The notes under the pieces: model-generated | What the model was told of the DNA's origin: nothing | The model's input: only the letters and a program-made list of their open reading frames with translations | Databases searched by the model: none | Shown here: positions 26,425-39,024 of the stretch, piece by piece | Position numbering within the stretch: the first letter of the stretch is position 1 | Layout of the letters: each line of letters starts with the position of its first letter | Position numbers and translations under genes: made by a program | Origin: Vicugna vicugna | Taxonomy: Eukaryota | DNA: 64,000 nt | NCBI GenBank assembly: GCA_013265495.1 | Contig: MU057930.1 | Span: forward strand, 443,599 to 507,598 | Direction of reading: 5' to 3'

Positions 26425-27264
26425 ATTTTTTGTTTTCTTTTCCATTATATTTTATTATAGGATATTCAATATAGTTCCCTGTGCTATACAGTAGGACCTT
26501 GTTGTTTATCTTTTTTATATACAGCATTGTGTATTGGCAAATCTCAAACTCCCAATTTATCCCTCACACCCCCTTTCCCCCCTGGTAACCAGAAGTTTGT
26601 TTTCTATGTCTGTGAGTCTGTTTCTGTTTTGTAAATAACTTCATTTGTATCATTTTTTAAGATTCTAAATATAAGTGATATCATATGATATTTGTCTCTG
26701 TCTGACTTACTTCACTTAGTGTGATCATCTCTAGGTCCATCCATGTTGCTGCAAATGGCATTATTTTACTCTTTTCATGGCTGAGTAGTATTCCATTGCA
26801 TATCTATACCACAACTTCTTTATCCAGTCATCTGTTGGTGGGCATTTACGTTGTTTCCATGTCTTGGCTGTTGTAAATAGTGCTGCTATGAACACTGGGG
26901 TGCAGGTGTCTTTTCAAATTAGGGTTTTCTCTGGATATACCCCTAGGAGTGGGATTGCGGGATCATATGCTAAGTCTATTTTTACTTTTTTAAGGAATCT
27001 CCGTACTATTTCCCACAGTGGCTGCACCAACTGACATTCCCACCAACAGTGTAGGAAGGTTCCCTTTTCTCCACACCGTCTCCAGCATTTATTTGCAGAC
27101 TTTTTGATAATGGTCATTCTGACAGGTGTGAGGTGATTCCTCATTGTAGTTTTGATTCTTTTCATTTCTCGAGTAGTTAACAACGTTGAGCATCTTTTCA
27201 TGTGCCTCTTAGCCATCTGTATGTCTTCTCTGGAGAAATGTCCATTTAGGTCTTCTGCCAGACA
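26425..27264 (-). mobile_element. L1 fragment (ORF2 C-terminal Cys-rich region + 3'UTR) with TSD
   Basis: ORF 26914..27216 (RHMKRCS...[13 protein letters not shown]...[12 protein letters not shown]) is L1 ORF2. TSD ggatgtatc at 26416-26424 and 27265-27273. Confidence 0.95.
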
Positions 27265-28724
27265 GGATGTATCTTATGTTTGAAGACGGAGCCATGATTT
27301 AACTGGACCCAGATTGTTTAGAAATAAGCAAATGTGCTTCAATGAGGGGAAAACTCTAACTTGGCAGAAGATGTTGTGCACATCTTGGTCGCTAAGAGCA
27401 ATGAGAAGCTGTCTCTCCATGGGCTTTATCAGCAGGAAGCGCGTTAATAAAATCACGCAACTACAATCATCACATGCTCCGCTTGGCAGTTAGAGAGAGA
27501 AGCATTTGTTTACAAAACATGACACATTTCCAATTTTGTTCTTCCTTGTCTTGACCCATGTTCGTGTCTGTGTATATGGTTTGGTAATAGCCACAAAATC
27601 CCTCTGCTAGATTCAGAAGCGTTTCCAGGTTCCCCTAAGGGGATTTTCTCAGTTGACGTCTGTTAATTGTTTTGAAGAGGATGTGATGTGCACACACAGA
27701 AACCCGGATATACACAGACACATATGCACACACACAGACACACAAGCATGCACACATGCGCAGACGCACATGCGTAAAGGGTGAAGAGTGTTAATGCTGG
27801 GTCCAGTGTTTTAAGGGATTTATTCCATTCCCTTTTCTCTCTCTAGACCTTCGTGTTATTTTTCCTCCCAAAACAATCACTATTTAGCTAACTGAGTCGC
27901 AGCCACAATGCCATGGAAAACAATGTGCTCAGTTCATGCATAATCAGTTCAGAAAGCCAGCTGGGGAAGCCTTTGTTGCTTTTGTTGGTTTTCTTTTTAC
28001 TGCCTCCAGGGGCAAAACGAAAGGCTGTAAGAGGCGTCACCCCAGGCCTCTCCCACTGATGGTCTCATTCTGCCCATTACCACCCGCCTGGTCCTCACTG
28101 TCCAGGCCACAATTTTCTGGCCACAGAGGTCCATGCAAACCATAGTCTTTCCATCTGTCGTCCTCGGCACAACCGCCTTCTGGTTCCTGCTTCCCTGCTG
28201 CCTCCTCTCCCGTGGGTCATCCAGCTCCTCTGTGGTACCACATCAGTGCTAAGGTCCCCTCCTGGTCCTCCCCGTCTCCCAGATGGCCTCAGATGCCCTT
28301 CTTCCCACAAAGAAGATTCTACAACGAGCCACCACGAAACATGACCTCACCTCTCCCTGGGTAACTTACGATTTTCTTTTTAAGCCCATCAAAAACTAAC
28401 TTCCACCCACAAGCCAATGATGAGGTCTCCCTGAAGCTCACATGACTGATAAGGGTGAGTTCTCCAAAAAGGAGTTGACACATAGAATGATAATTCCAAG
28501 TGTTAATAACAAGAAGTAGAGGTCCCCCCCACCACAGGGAGTTAATGATGAAATTAGACATGCCTCTCATTTTACAGTTTGGCCTCGCTGTGCACTATCT
28601 CCTGAACTCCCAGCTGCATTTCTTCCTTCTGGTACCATAACCTATGACTACCTTGCCAAGGAAGAAAGAAGAAGGGCATGTTTAGTAAGGCTGAGAATCA
28701 GCAATCAGCTCTTTTCTAAGTACA

Positions 28725-29100
28725 TATATGTGTATATCTATATCTGCCTATCTATCCATCCATCCATCATCTGTGTATCTACCATCTATTGTATCTGCCA
28801 CCTATCAGCTATCCTTCTACCCAACCGCCATCCATCCATCCATCTTTTCATCCTTTATCTCTCTTTCTCCACCCTTTCATCCAATCATCTATCCATTTAT
28901 CTATTCATCCATCTATCCATCCCTGTCTGTCTATCTATCTATTTATCTATGTATCTATCTATCCATCCATCCATCCATCTTATCTGTCTGTCTGTCTGTC
29001 TATCTGTCTGTCTATCTATCTATTCATTTCTCCATCCACCCAATCACTCATTCACCTATACATTCTATCTATCTATCTATCTATCTATCTAGTCATCTAT
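28725..29100. repeat. Degenerate TATC/TCCA/TGTC array
   Basis: Direct reading of the sequence. Confidence 0.95.
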
Positions 29101-30016
29101 TTGTCATTCCTAGAAAGTTTCAAAGGGGTTACTTGGAAAGTTGAAAGTTTTTGGTCTACAAACCAGATAAGTCAGAATGTGACGAAAGCTGTCTTTCTAG
29201 TAACACATGGAGACACCTGAACTGTTGGAAGAAAAAGAAAGTAGGCAAAATTTATTCTAGTTTGGATATAATGCATGGTCCATCATTACTCAACAAAGAA
29301 AAATCTCACTTGTGATCCATGCCTTCATGTCAAATGCAACTCTGCCTTTCAGTCAAGCCATCCACACCACTAATCAGCTTTCTGGGAGCTAAACTCCATG
29401 TCAGAGTCAGCTTCTAAGAGAACTCAACCACTGCCCAACCTCCAAACTCCACCTGTGTCCCACAGTCCATCTCAAGCACAATTTATTTCCTCCAGCTCCC
29501 TACATGAGTGGAACACTCTCTCATCTCTCTCTAGATCCCGATGCACCATAGGTGAGCATGAAGGTCTGGGTTATAAGTTCCCTGAGCCCTTCCATCTACT
29601 TCCCGCTGCCATTGCCAAGTTCAATCAGACCCCTTTCCTCAGTTCCCTCTCATGATACCTTGTCTACATCCAACTCTGAATCCAGTGTCATACATGTATT
29701 TCTGATTCACTCACATCTTCCCCCTTTGCCTCCCAGATGACCTTCCTCTTTTTCACTCTTTCTTCCTTTCAAACCCACAAATCTGGCTTAAACCCCACTC
29801 CCTCTAAAGCGTATCTGAGCATTTAGTTCTATGTTCCAAACGTTCTCCATTCTGAAGCCTTATAACGTATAACTAGTGTGAATCCATACTTAATTCTTTG
29901 TTCTTAATTCTCTGAAAAGTCTGTGTTTTACCCTCCGTTTTAAATAACTTGTTAAAATTGTTCAACAATGTATTGAACAATATTTTCAATGTTAAATAAA
30001 ATTGAGACACATCTTT

Positions 30017-30148
30017 TGCATATGTATATTTTTATTGAAGTAGAGTCAGTTTGCAATGCTGTGTCAATTTCTGGTGCACAGCACAATGCTTCAGTCTTAC
30101 ATGAGCATACATATATTCATTTTCATTCTCCCTCACCATAAGTTACTT
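30017..30148 (-). mobile_element. Very short L1 3' terminus with imperfect TSD
   Basis: attgagacacatcttt (30001-30016) / attgagatacattttt (30149-30164) flank ttattgaagtagagtcag...; a tttt/aa endonuclease-like site is present. Confidence 0.8.
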
Positions 30149-31299
30149 ATTGAGATACATTTTTAAAAATCGTACTAAATTTTGATTATATAACAGAAGT
30201 CAGTTTTTATAATTACTTAAATAGAAATGAAAACGTTTATGTTTTGAGTAAATTCTTAAAACAGACATACAGAAAACTGCACAAAGCGAACGTATCGTAG
30301 AGAATTCTTAGAAGGCAGACACTACGGAGGTACATCAGGTCAGGAAATAGAACTTGGCCAACGCCCCTGGAGTCCCCTCCGTACGTCGCATTCCAATCCA
30401 TTTAAGAATATAAATAGACTGCAGGTGGTACCATAGTGTCATACCCCACTCCAGATGGCATGGGAAAGCTTCCTGGCGATGCGTGCTGTGAACAGACTAA
30501 ACCTGTTTTGGCAGGTATTTCTCAAGGGGATTTGGAGGTGATGCCTGTCTTGACATACGAAAAGCTTTCCCACTGTTTTTTTTTTTTTAATGAGGAAAGA
30601 CATCTTACATGCAATGCTCATCATTTTCTTGGCTTAAAGTTGTCGGAGTAGAATTAAGAAACTTCAAGAAGCTTCTATCTCAACAGATTTATGACCCCCC
30701 CTCCAAAAAAAGAATTTAAGCAAAGACTTATTAATAAGAAAGTGCGTTCCCTTATAGACATATTCAATTAATGAGGATACATCAGAATAAACAGAACAGC
30801 AAAAGGACTGTTTTCGGGATGCTGTCTAACTTGGGCAGAATTTCTTCAATACCGTTGGATTTCACCAGATGCACAGCTATAAGACAATGAAAGCTTACTA
30901 GGATAAAAAAGGCTCTCCATTCTTGTAGAAATAATCATTTGTAACAGTTTAAATGCAATAGTTGGTATTTGTAAAATATCAAATATGCAAGCCGTAATAC
31001 CATGACAGACAGCAACACAGTCACTGTCCAACCTGAGATTTAGATCATTAACCGTATCTTGTGTTTATCTGTCTTTTATCTGCCTCATCCCTTAACTAAC
31101 TGGGCATTAACTATTATTGTAATTCTAGCGTATATTGTTTCTTTGCTTTTAAAATTGTATTAACATAGATACAAGGAAGCTCTACATGTGCATATTTGTG
31201 CGTATACTTACCCAGAGGGCTGAACTAAACACAGTCCATAAACATATCATTCATATATCAAATGTAGCTTGATGGATTCTTTTACTTTAAAATATGTTA

Positions 31300-32330
31300 T
31301 AACATCTTATGATAGTTTTTTGAATTTTGTCACCCAGTATTCTGTTACTTGGATTTTTCATTTTGCTGCCTGTGTCTGTAATTGCTTTTTTTCCCCCGCT
31401 ACAAAATACGCTATTGAGTGAGTGGACGGCAGTATATTTCTACATTTCGCTGTTGATGGATACTTGGATTCCATCCAGGGTGGGCTATGACCAACAGAGA
31501 TGCTGTGAACATCCAGGTACCTGTGTTTGGGTGCACGCCTGCCCAGGGTTCCCTGGAACGTTCACCCAGGAGAGGAATTCTTGAGTCACGGCTGTGTGAC
31601 TAGAACTGAAAGATGACGCAAAATAGTTTTCAAAGACGTTGGATTCACTTACCGTATCCAAGTCATTGTCTGAATGTTCTCCATAGGTCCACGTTGCCTC
31701 CAATGCTTGACTTTTTCAGAATGCTTAAATTCTGCTCATCAGATCGAACTGAGAATGTTTAAGGTGCTGCGGCCATGATTTATATTTCCTTGAACTAACA
31801 AAAATCCATCACCATTTCAGGTGCTTTCAGGCTATAAGTGTGTCCCCCATGAGTGAAATGCCTCCACGTTGGTTTCCTAATGGGCGGTCTTTCCTAAAAA
31901 TTTGAAATCCTGTGTACATTATGGACACACAGCTTTTGAATCCTTTGTTGCAAAGACTTTGTTCCAAGTTATTCCTCCTGTATTTTCATTTCATTTATGC
32001 AGTCTTTTGAGAAAAGGACAACTCTAACTGTAACTTAGTTCACATGATAAATGTCTCCCATGGTTAACATTTTTGTGTCTTCTTAAAAAGTAAAAATCCC
32101 TCTGGACTCAACGGGACAAAGATTTTTTTCTTCCCTGTATTTTCTTCAAGAAGTGTAACTTTAGTCCGTCTGGAGGGGGGTGAGTGTGTGTGTGAGAGTG
32201 CGTATCTCCGTGTGTCCATAAGGTTTTCATTTTTTTTTTCCACATGGAAAGCCAGACATTCCAGCCCTTTTTATCAAAAGTCCCTCATTTACTGACCAAT
32301 CAGGGATCTCTCCTCTGGTGTATATTATAG
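31300..32330 (-). mobile_element. Old L1ME-like ORF2/3'UTR fragment
   Basis: ctgttgatggatacttgg...gctgtgaacatcc...cccaggagaggaatt; degenerate L1 antisense motifs continue to about 32330. Confidence 0.65.
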
Positions 32331-32733
32331 CACATGCTGACTCAATCCCTTCTGAGCCTAGGTCCTGTGCCTGTTTGCCTGGGGCCTTTTATCCGACCGC
32401 TGGAGCCTGACGGACAGATCAGAGTGCTGGAGACGAAGGCCCCCAACACACAGCCCCCACAGAGACAATGATTCACGCTGGTGGGTCAGCACGCCCGCCC
32501 CCTCCTCCCACTGCGAGGATAGCTTTGGGGCATGTGCCACACGCTCTCCGGAGCCCTCGGCAAGATCAAAGCCAGTTGTCCACGATGGTAACGGGCTTGA
32601 CAAACACCCCATTCGTTGGCCTCCTTCCTTCCTGGCCTCACTGCCCCACTTCCTGTCGTGCCCCAACCAAAATAAACGCCTGAATGGAATCCTTGAATCA
32701 AGGTCTGCTTCTGAGCGAACCCACCCTAGAAGG
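32330..32733 (+). mobile_element. LTR16-like ERVL solo LTR
   Basis: ccttccttcctggcctcactgccccacttcc...aataaa (32671)...tccttgaatcaaggtctgcttctg...aaccc resembles the LTR16 3' end. Confidence 0.7.
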
Positions 32734-32764
32734 TATGTATATCTCAAAGACACCACACTAATCT

Positions 32765-33090
32765 ACAGTGTCTATATATTATCTGTCTGTCTAACTATCT
32801 ATCTATTATCTATCTATCTATCTTTCCATCCACACAACCACCCATCCATCTATCCATTCCATCTATTTATCTGTCTATTTATCTATCTAATCATCTATCA
32901 AAACCTATCTGTTATCTATCAATCTATCTCTGTATCATCTATCCATTCATCCACTTCTCTATCAGCTGTCTATCTATGTATCTATCAATTATCTATCTAT
33001 CTTTTATCACCTATTTATCTAATCTATCAAACTTCATACCATCTCTGCATTTATCCATTTATCTATCATCTGTCTATCCATCTGTTTATG
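32765..33090. repeat. Degenerate TATC/TCCA array
   Basis: Direct reading of the sequence. Confidence 0.95.
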
Positions 33091-33359
33091 ATCGGAGGAC
33101 CCATGCCGGTAAAGATCTTAATTCTCCCAGGTTGCATGGACAGACTTGATACATTTTGAACCAAAATCTCCAGTAAGATCCTTCCTAAAACCTGATGGGC
33201 TTCTTCCAAAAGGTTTATGAGTTTGCTGGTAAACAAGTAGTCCATGTGGATAGATTCCTCACTGAAGACAACCAGAAATGCTGGACTAAATGAGATGTTT
33301 TTTTAAACCACATCTTACAATAGTTGAAGTGCTAATAAGACAATGAGGAACATCTGGGT

Positions 33360-33700
33360 TTCCAGTCATGTGTGAAATGTAAAAAACAAGCAAACAACAA
33401 CAAAACAAAATAAATGTCCACTGAACAAAAACACACATGTAGTTTATGGAGATCAGAGAAGTGGTTACCAGATGGAAGGGGGCTTTGGGGAGGGTGGAAT
33501 GGGTAAAGGACTTCAACCATAGGGTGATGGATGGAAACGAAACTTGTGGTGGTGAACACAACTTGTAAGGTACAACAGAAGCAGAAAAACAATCCCATAC
33601 TCTGTGAAACTCACACAATGTTGTAAAGCAATGTTACCTCCATAAAAAAATGCACCTGAAACATATTATAAATCAACTCTACTTCAGTTAAAAAAATTTT
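33360..33700 (+). mobile_element. L1 3'UTR fragment (older subfamily)
   Basis: gtggttaccagatggaagggg...tgatggatggaaac...aatgttacctccataaaaaaa. Confidence 0.75.
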
Positions 33701-35204
33701 TTTTAAAGATAATACATACATGACCAAAACATAAATAAATAAACAGATAAACCTAAAACAAACAAACAAACAAAGGAATGTCTGGGCTTCAGTAAAGGAA
33801 CAGACACAATTCCAGGTGAGCCCAACATCTGAGGCCCCCCTGCCACTGTAGGGTTTGCATGTACAGCTTCTATACCACCTGTTCGAATTTCAGTATCCTG
33901 ACAGAGGTCCTACCACAGACATCTACTCTCAGGGCAACCCACCTGCCTGGCCGCCTCTTTCTAAAGCCTCAGTCTACCTGCCTGTGCTCTTCAGGGGATG
34001 GAGGTTGGAGACTGACTTGCAGACATCTTCATTGTTCTCCTCATTCCACAGATAGTGTGTCGGGCACCTATTCTGAGGACCTAGTTTTGCAACCAAAGGA
34101 CTCGTCCAAGGACCTAATGCATCATAAGGTGAAACAGAGATATGTATCCTTTTTTGTATGAACGTGAATTAAATGCAGTGTGTCATTGGGAATACGACCT
34201 TTTACTGTTTATTTTAAAGTCTGGCTCTGCCTGATATTTGTCTTCCTCTGGAGCCCTTTCTCCATCTTCCTCTCTGGAGATTGTCAACATTGATATTCAG
34301 GGATTGTAATCTGGGATGAGACTGAAGGACGTGTACACCTAGGTCGGTGGTCACCATCTCACAGCTGCCGCAAGTAAGAAAGGTACGCCTGGAGGTTCCA
34401 TCCCCTCATGGTCTGTCAACAGATTCTGGGAAACCAGCGTCTTCTAGCAGCTCATCAAGGGAAGGGTCAGGCGTCCCAGCTGCCCAGGGCTTAAACTTTT
34501 TCAGATCAGCATATACTTGTTACTGGAGCATAAAACTTAAAAAGAAAAAACTTCACTGTGATATAATTTCTGTACAGTGAACTACAAATATTTCATATGT
34601 ACAACTTGGTGGATTTTGACACCCACGAGACCTCCAGCACAATGAAGATAGCCAACATTTCCACCAGTCCCCAAGAGGTGCAAATTTCTCTTCCCACAAC
34701 AAGACCAAGCCACATACACACCGGAATCACGTCCTCAGGGCTCTCCCAGACTCCAGAATATCTCTGGTGTCTTCAGATCTCAATTCCAAGAAGGGCCGGC
34801 TTTGTAGACACACAGCTCAGAGCCAACTGAGACCTGGGGGACTGGGGTGATTCCAGGGAGCAATGGAAAATGGGATGAAAAATCTTGGCAAAAGGCTGCT
34901 AGACTATGTCTGAAGAGGAACAACAACAACAAAAAAAGCAACCTCAGGAGAAAATGGAAGTGATTAAAAGAGAAGTGTCCACTCCACGTCTGAGCGATGG
35001 AGCAGAGTCCGGCGCAACTTGCCGTACCATTTCAAATTAAAAGAAAATTCTCAGCAGTTCCGTCCGTGTCTCTTGGCAGCATTGCACGGAAAACCCGGAA
35101 GATCATGTACCGGCCGTTGACTGGCGGTGCTGGAGCTGGTGAAGGTGTGGCCGAGGATGCTGACAACGGAGAGGAGAGAGTGGGCATCAGAGGATTACAG
35201 ACTT

Positions 35205-35665
35205 GTGTGTGTGCTGCCTCGGGATGTCCTACGAAAGAACCCCAGACGGGGCGGCTGGAGCAACAGACGCTTACTGGCCTGCAGCTCTGGGAGCTGGCAG
35301 TCTGACACCAAGGGGCTGCCAGGGTTGGTTTCTGGCGAGAGCTTTCTTCCTGCTTTGCAGACGGCGTCTCCTCCCTGCGTCCTCACGTGGTCATCCCTCT
35401 GTGCCTGCAAGAGATAGAGGCAGAGAGGTGGAGATAGAAAGAGATAAAGAGTCAGAGAGACGTGGAGAGAGACAGAGTGCACACTCTGGTGTCTGTTCCG
35501 CATGTAGGGACACCTGTCCTGCCAGATTAGGGCTGCACTCTTAGGGCCCCATTGACTCTCATGCACCTCCCTAAAGACCCATCATGCACGAGTTCACTCT
35601 ACGAAATTCACTGACATTAAGGCTTCAACATAGGACTTTGGAGGCACACAGCTCAGTCCATAAAA
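35205..35665 (-). mobile_element. MLT1A/B-like MaLR LTR
   Basis: gggttggtttctggcgagagc...ttgcagacggc...cctcacgtgg...ggcttcaacata...cagtccataa. Confidence 0.8.
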
Positions 35666-36529
35666 GCTAGTCAACCAAAGGAAGTGGCTCGCTGCTGGTC
35701 AGAAAGTTGGAAAGCAATAGGAAAATACAGAGGAAGAGAGATGGGAGCTCCATGTCCAAGTGTCTGGAAGTCAGGCAGCCCAGGAGTGGGTGGAATGGAT
35801 TGTTCAGGGAACCAGGAGGAAGCGACATCTTACCATCTTCACGTTGGGCATCTGGGGACAGTGGCCAGGTGGTTGGAGACGGCCAAGAGGAAGTTTGAAA
35901 CTGGAGCTGGGCGTGGAAGTGAGGAAGACTGAGGACAGAGATTTGAGGGGCATTCCTGTTAATCAGCCTTTCCAACGACAGGCGTGGATGTGGAGGAGGA
36001 CGAACTTTTTCTTCTTTTCTTACCTGTCACCACTTCTGCAGGAACACCTGTTACAGGCCAAGAGCCGTGTATGAGACGGCAGTGCAGTGAACCTGAGCAT
36101 GACCAGGGCTGGCTGACACCTCCAAGGGCCAGAAGGAAGGCAGGAGGGCAGAAGTCAGAGGACCAGAGGCCAGAGGGCAGGATGGCTTGGACACACCCTG
36201 CCCCCTGACTTCTGTGCCCACATCAAACCCCCGGACCCCTGACCAGCCAGAACATCCCCCGACTCACGGTGTCACCCACTCTCACTGCTCAGCAAGGCGC
36301 TGAGTTTGCTAGGAGTGGAGGGGAACCCTGCTGTGATCAGAAGATGCCCCAAATACACCAGAGTGTGGAGCCTCCATCCTCCCCGCGCACTTTCTGAATT
36401 CTGAGCGTGTGTGACTCTGCCAAGGAAAATCTGCCCTAAACCAGCAGGGTGGACCTTTAACATGTTCTAAGCATGAAGGTCTACTTATCTGAGTCTACTA
36501 ACTGCACACTGCACATCAGTGTGTGTGTG

Positions 36530-36950
36530 TTTTGTTTCCTAGTGACCATAGGCTTGGGGCTTAAAACCACAGGCATCCATCCTCCCTGGTCCTGGAGACC
36601 AGACGTCTGAGGTCAAGGTGTCCCAGGGCTGCGCTCTCTCTGGAGGCTCCAAGGGAGGGTCCCTCCTGCCTCTTCCAGCTTCTGGGGGCTCCAGGTGTCC
36701 GTCCCTGGGCTGGTGGCCGTCTCCCTCCCATCTCTGCCTCCGTCTCCATGTGGCGCCTCCTCTGTGTCTGTGTCTCTCCTCTTCTGTCTCTTCTGAGGAC
36801 ACTGTCCTTGGATGCAGGGCCACCTCCTCCAGGAGGACCTCCTCTTAGGTCCTTAACTTCATCCCATCTGCAGAGACCCTTTGTCCAAACAAGGTCCCGT
36901 TCTGAGGTGTTATTTCTGCGAGGTGAACATATGTCTTCTCACCCAGTACA
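36530..36950 (-). mobile_element. MLT1C-like (STIR-type) MaLR LTR
   Basis: gtctgaggtcaaggtgtc...cctgcctcttccagcttctgggggctccagg...tctctgcctccgtctcc. Confidence 0.85.
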
Positions 36951-37299
36951 GTAAAGAGAGGCGGAGAGAGGCGAAGACCCAAAACAGTGTCACTACGAGC
37001 CTGTTTGTAGCAAGTTTGTTCTCTGCATGGAATCTTTTCTGAAAAACTAAGTTCTTGCACGTAAAATCCTTAACCCAGCATAAACGTTGGTGTAAATGGT
37101 AGATTGCATCTTTATACACAAAACGTGAGTTAATTTTCACGAATATAATTTTGCAGGGAGAAGAACTTTTCTCTGAACCAAACAGTCAAACACCGTTGAA
37201 CCTAAAAATCACCTAAATGCTGATTTTACTCTTTTTTTCCCTAACCTGTGGATTTATCATCCATTTGTGCCCTCTGATGTTGGAGACTCATGCTCAAGT

Positions 37300-38400
37300 C
37301 AGCAAGCAGGGTGGGGCAGGATGGTAAACTTCCCCACAGCCCTGATCCTACGAGATGCCCTGAAAGTGGAATTTCCGTCCTGTCCCACGGAGTTCCCGCT
37401 GGGCATCGCGGGTTCAGTCCCCACGTCGCCGCCACCAACGTGAGCCGATTCCTTGCAGGGATGGAGTGTAAAAGCGTCTGCTGCCAGAGAAGCCTGCGTT
37501 GGGAATCTCCCGTGAAACAGGAAGGAGTTTTTCTGGGATGGCCACTTAAGCCACTTAATGAAACCCAGGAGAGCCTTTGCTTCATTTAAAACAGGAAACG
37601 CAGACCCCTCACCCCGAAGGGGAGTCAGACCAGTTTTCGGGGTCGGGGGGGGGTAGGGGGTGAGCCTTTACTGCAGCTGGGGAAGGCAGACCCAGATTCT
37701 GCTTAGCCGAGGTTGTCCGTGAATCGGGTTTGGGAGAAACAAGTCGCTGAACTTGTACCAGGAAACGTGGTGTAACGAGGATTTGATTGCACATCTGGAA
37801 GGTGTCTGCAGGTGCCCAGCGCCTTTGGCATGAGCGTCCGAGGGCCGGGGGCGAGTCCGTACGTTGTCTTGCAGGCGGGAACTCCCTTCCTACGACGTGC
37901 TGAACACACCCGGGAGCTTGCGCGCCCACGTGTCCGATTAAGGATGCCACGTGGATCTGCGACCCTCCTTTTCTTTGCACATTCCTTTGCTAACTAAGCG
38001 TAAACACACGTCGAATTCTCCAACCGGGTGTAACGAATGAAATGGTGCATCACGGACGCAAATGATTTGGAAGTGTCCTCATACTTGACAATTTAAGTCA
38101 CTTAACCCACTTGCCATGACGGGATCTTTGGATGGAGCCCACGAGCCTCACTTCACAGCCCTTCAGACGATGCTAAGCTGCCTGCTCCTCACAAAACCGA
38201 CAACGCATTTCTGCAGCTTTTCATCCGACCTATAGTCCTCTGGTATTTTATTTCTACCGCGCTGCCCCGGGTTTACAGCCGGACGACACCCAGGACGTGC
38301 GGTCTTTGGTGGAACATGACCTTACAACACCCTTCCAGGCTGATCATGCACGTATGAAGCATCGTATGCTGTTAAGCACGTGTGTTATAGTGCTAGATGT
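37300..38400. promoter_or_regulatory. CpG-enriched unique segment, candidate enhancer/promoter
   Basis: Locally high CpG; E-boxes CACGTG at 37927, 37948 and 38377; no recognisable repeat. Confidence 0.4.
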
Positions 38401-38863
38401 GCAATGAAGAAGTAAGAGCCAACGCTGATCCTCGAAGCAACTTGAAAAGGGAAACCTACCTCATTTCTTGCCTGGGAGCTCAGAGGTCCGTGTTTGGGCA
38501 GATAAAAATAAGTTGAATGTTTCAGACATCTGTCGTCACATTTTGGCACTAGGTAAGGAAAAACACACAGAAACACACACACACACACAGCAGAGGGTCA
38601 TGCACTGCATAGCGGGCCTTGTGAAAGATCCTTCGCTCTTGGCGTTCAAGGAGGTCATCCGAGAAGCAAGGTCTTTTTTTGGAGGGGGAAGAGATGGGGT
38701 AAGCCGTCATGGGAAGAACAATCCAACAGGAGGAAAGGGTTGTATTTTGATGACATTGGCGTTTTACTGTCAGTTTTACAAAACACGCCCAGAAGCCAGC
38801 GTGTTCCTTCAGACAGGAGATCAAGGTAGGAGTGCAAGAATTTGTCTGAAGCCTTTAGACTTT

Positions 38864-39024
38864 ATTTTATTTAAGAACTTTTGTTTTTCATTTAAAACAA
38901 AGTTTTTAGGAAGGAGGCAGTTGGGTTTCCTTATTTATTTTTTGGAGGAGGGAACTGGGGATGGAACCCAGGACCTTGTGCATGCTGTGCATGTGCTCTA
39001 GCACGTAAGCTGTATCATCTCCCT
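38864..39024 (-). mobile_element. tRNA-derived SINE (camelid vic-1-like), diverged
   Basis: Reverse complement of the SINE at 56428 (gaactggggatggaacccaggacc...gctcta...agct), with an A/T-rich tail and a possible short TSD agacttt. Confidence 0.75.

Noticed and set aside
26914..27216. L1 ORF2 peptide as a functional gene
   Set aside because: Short 5'-truncated retrotransposon remnant with no endonuclease or reverse transcriptase domain; the same applies to 10280..10483 and 40622..40906.
28728..29220. Overlapping ORFs rich in S/I/Y/L/H/P (also near 17.0, 50.0 and 53.2 kb)
   Set aside because: Artefacts of stop-poor TATC/TCCA or TA repeats.
29953..29986. Short inverted repeat attgttcaa...ttgaacaat
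   Set aside because: A 9-bp AT-rich stem is within chance expectation for 64 kb.
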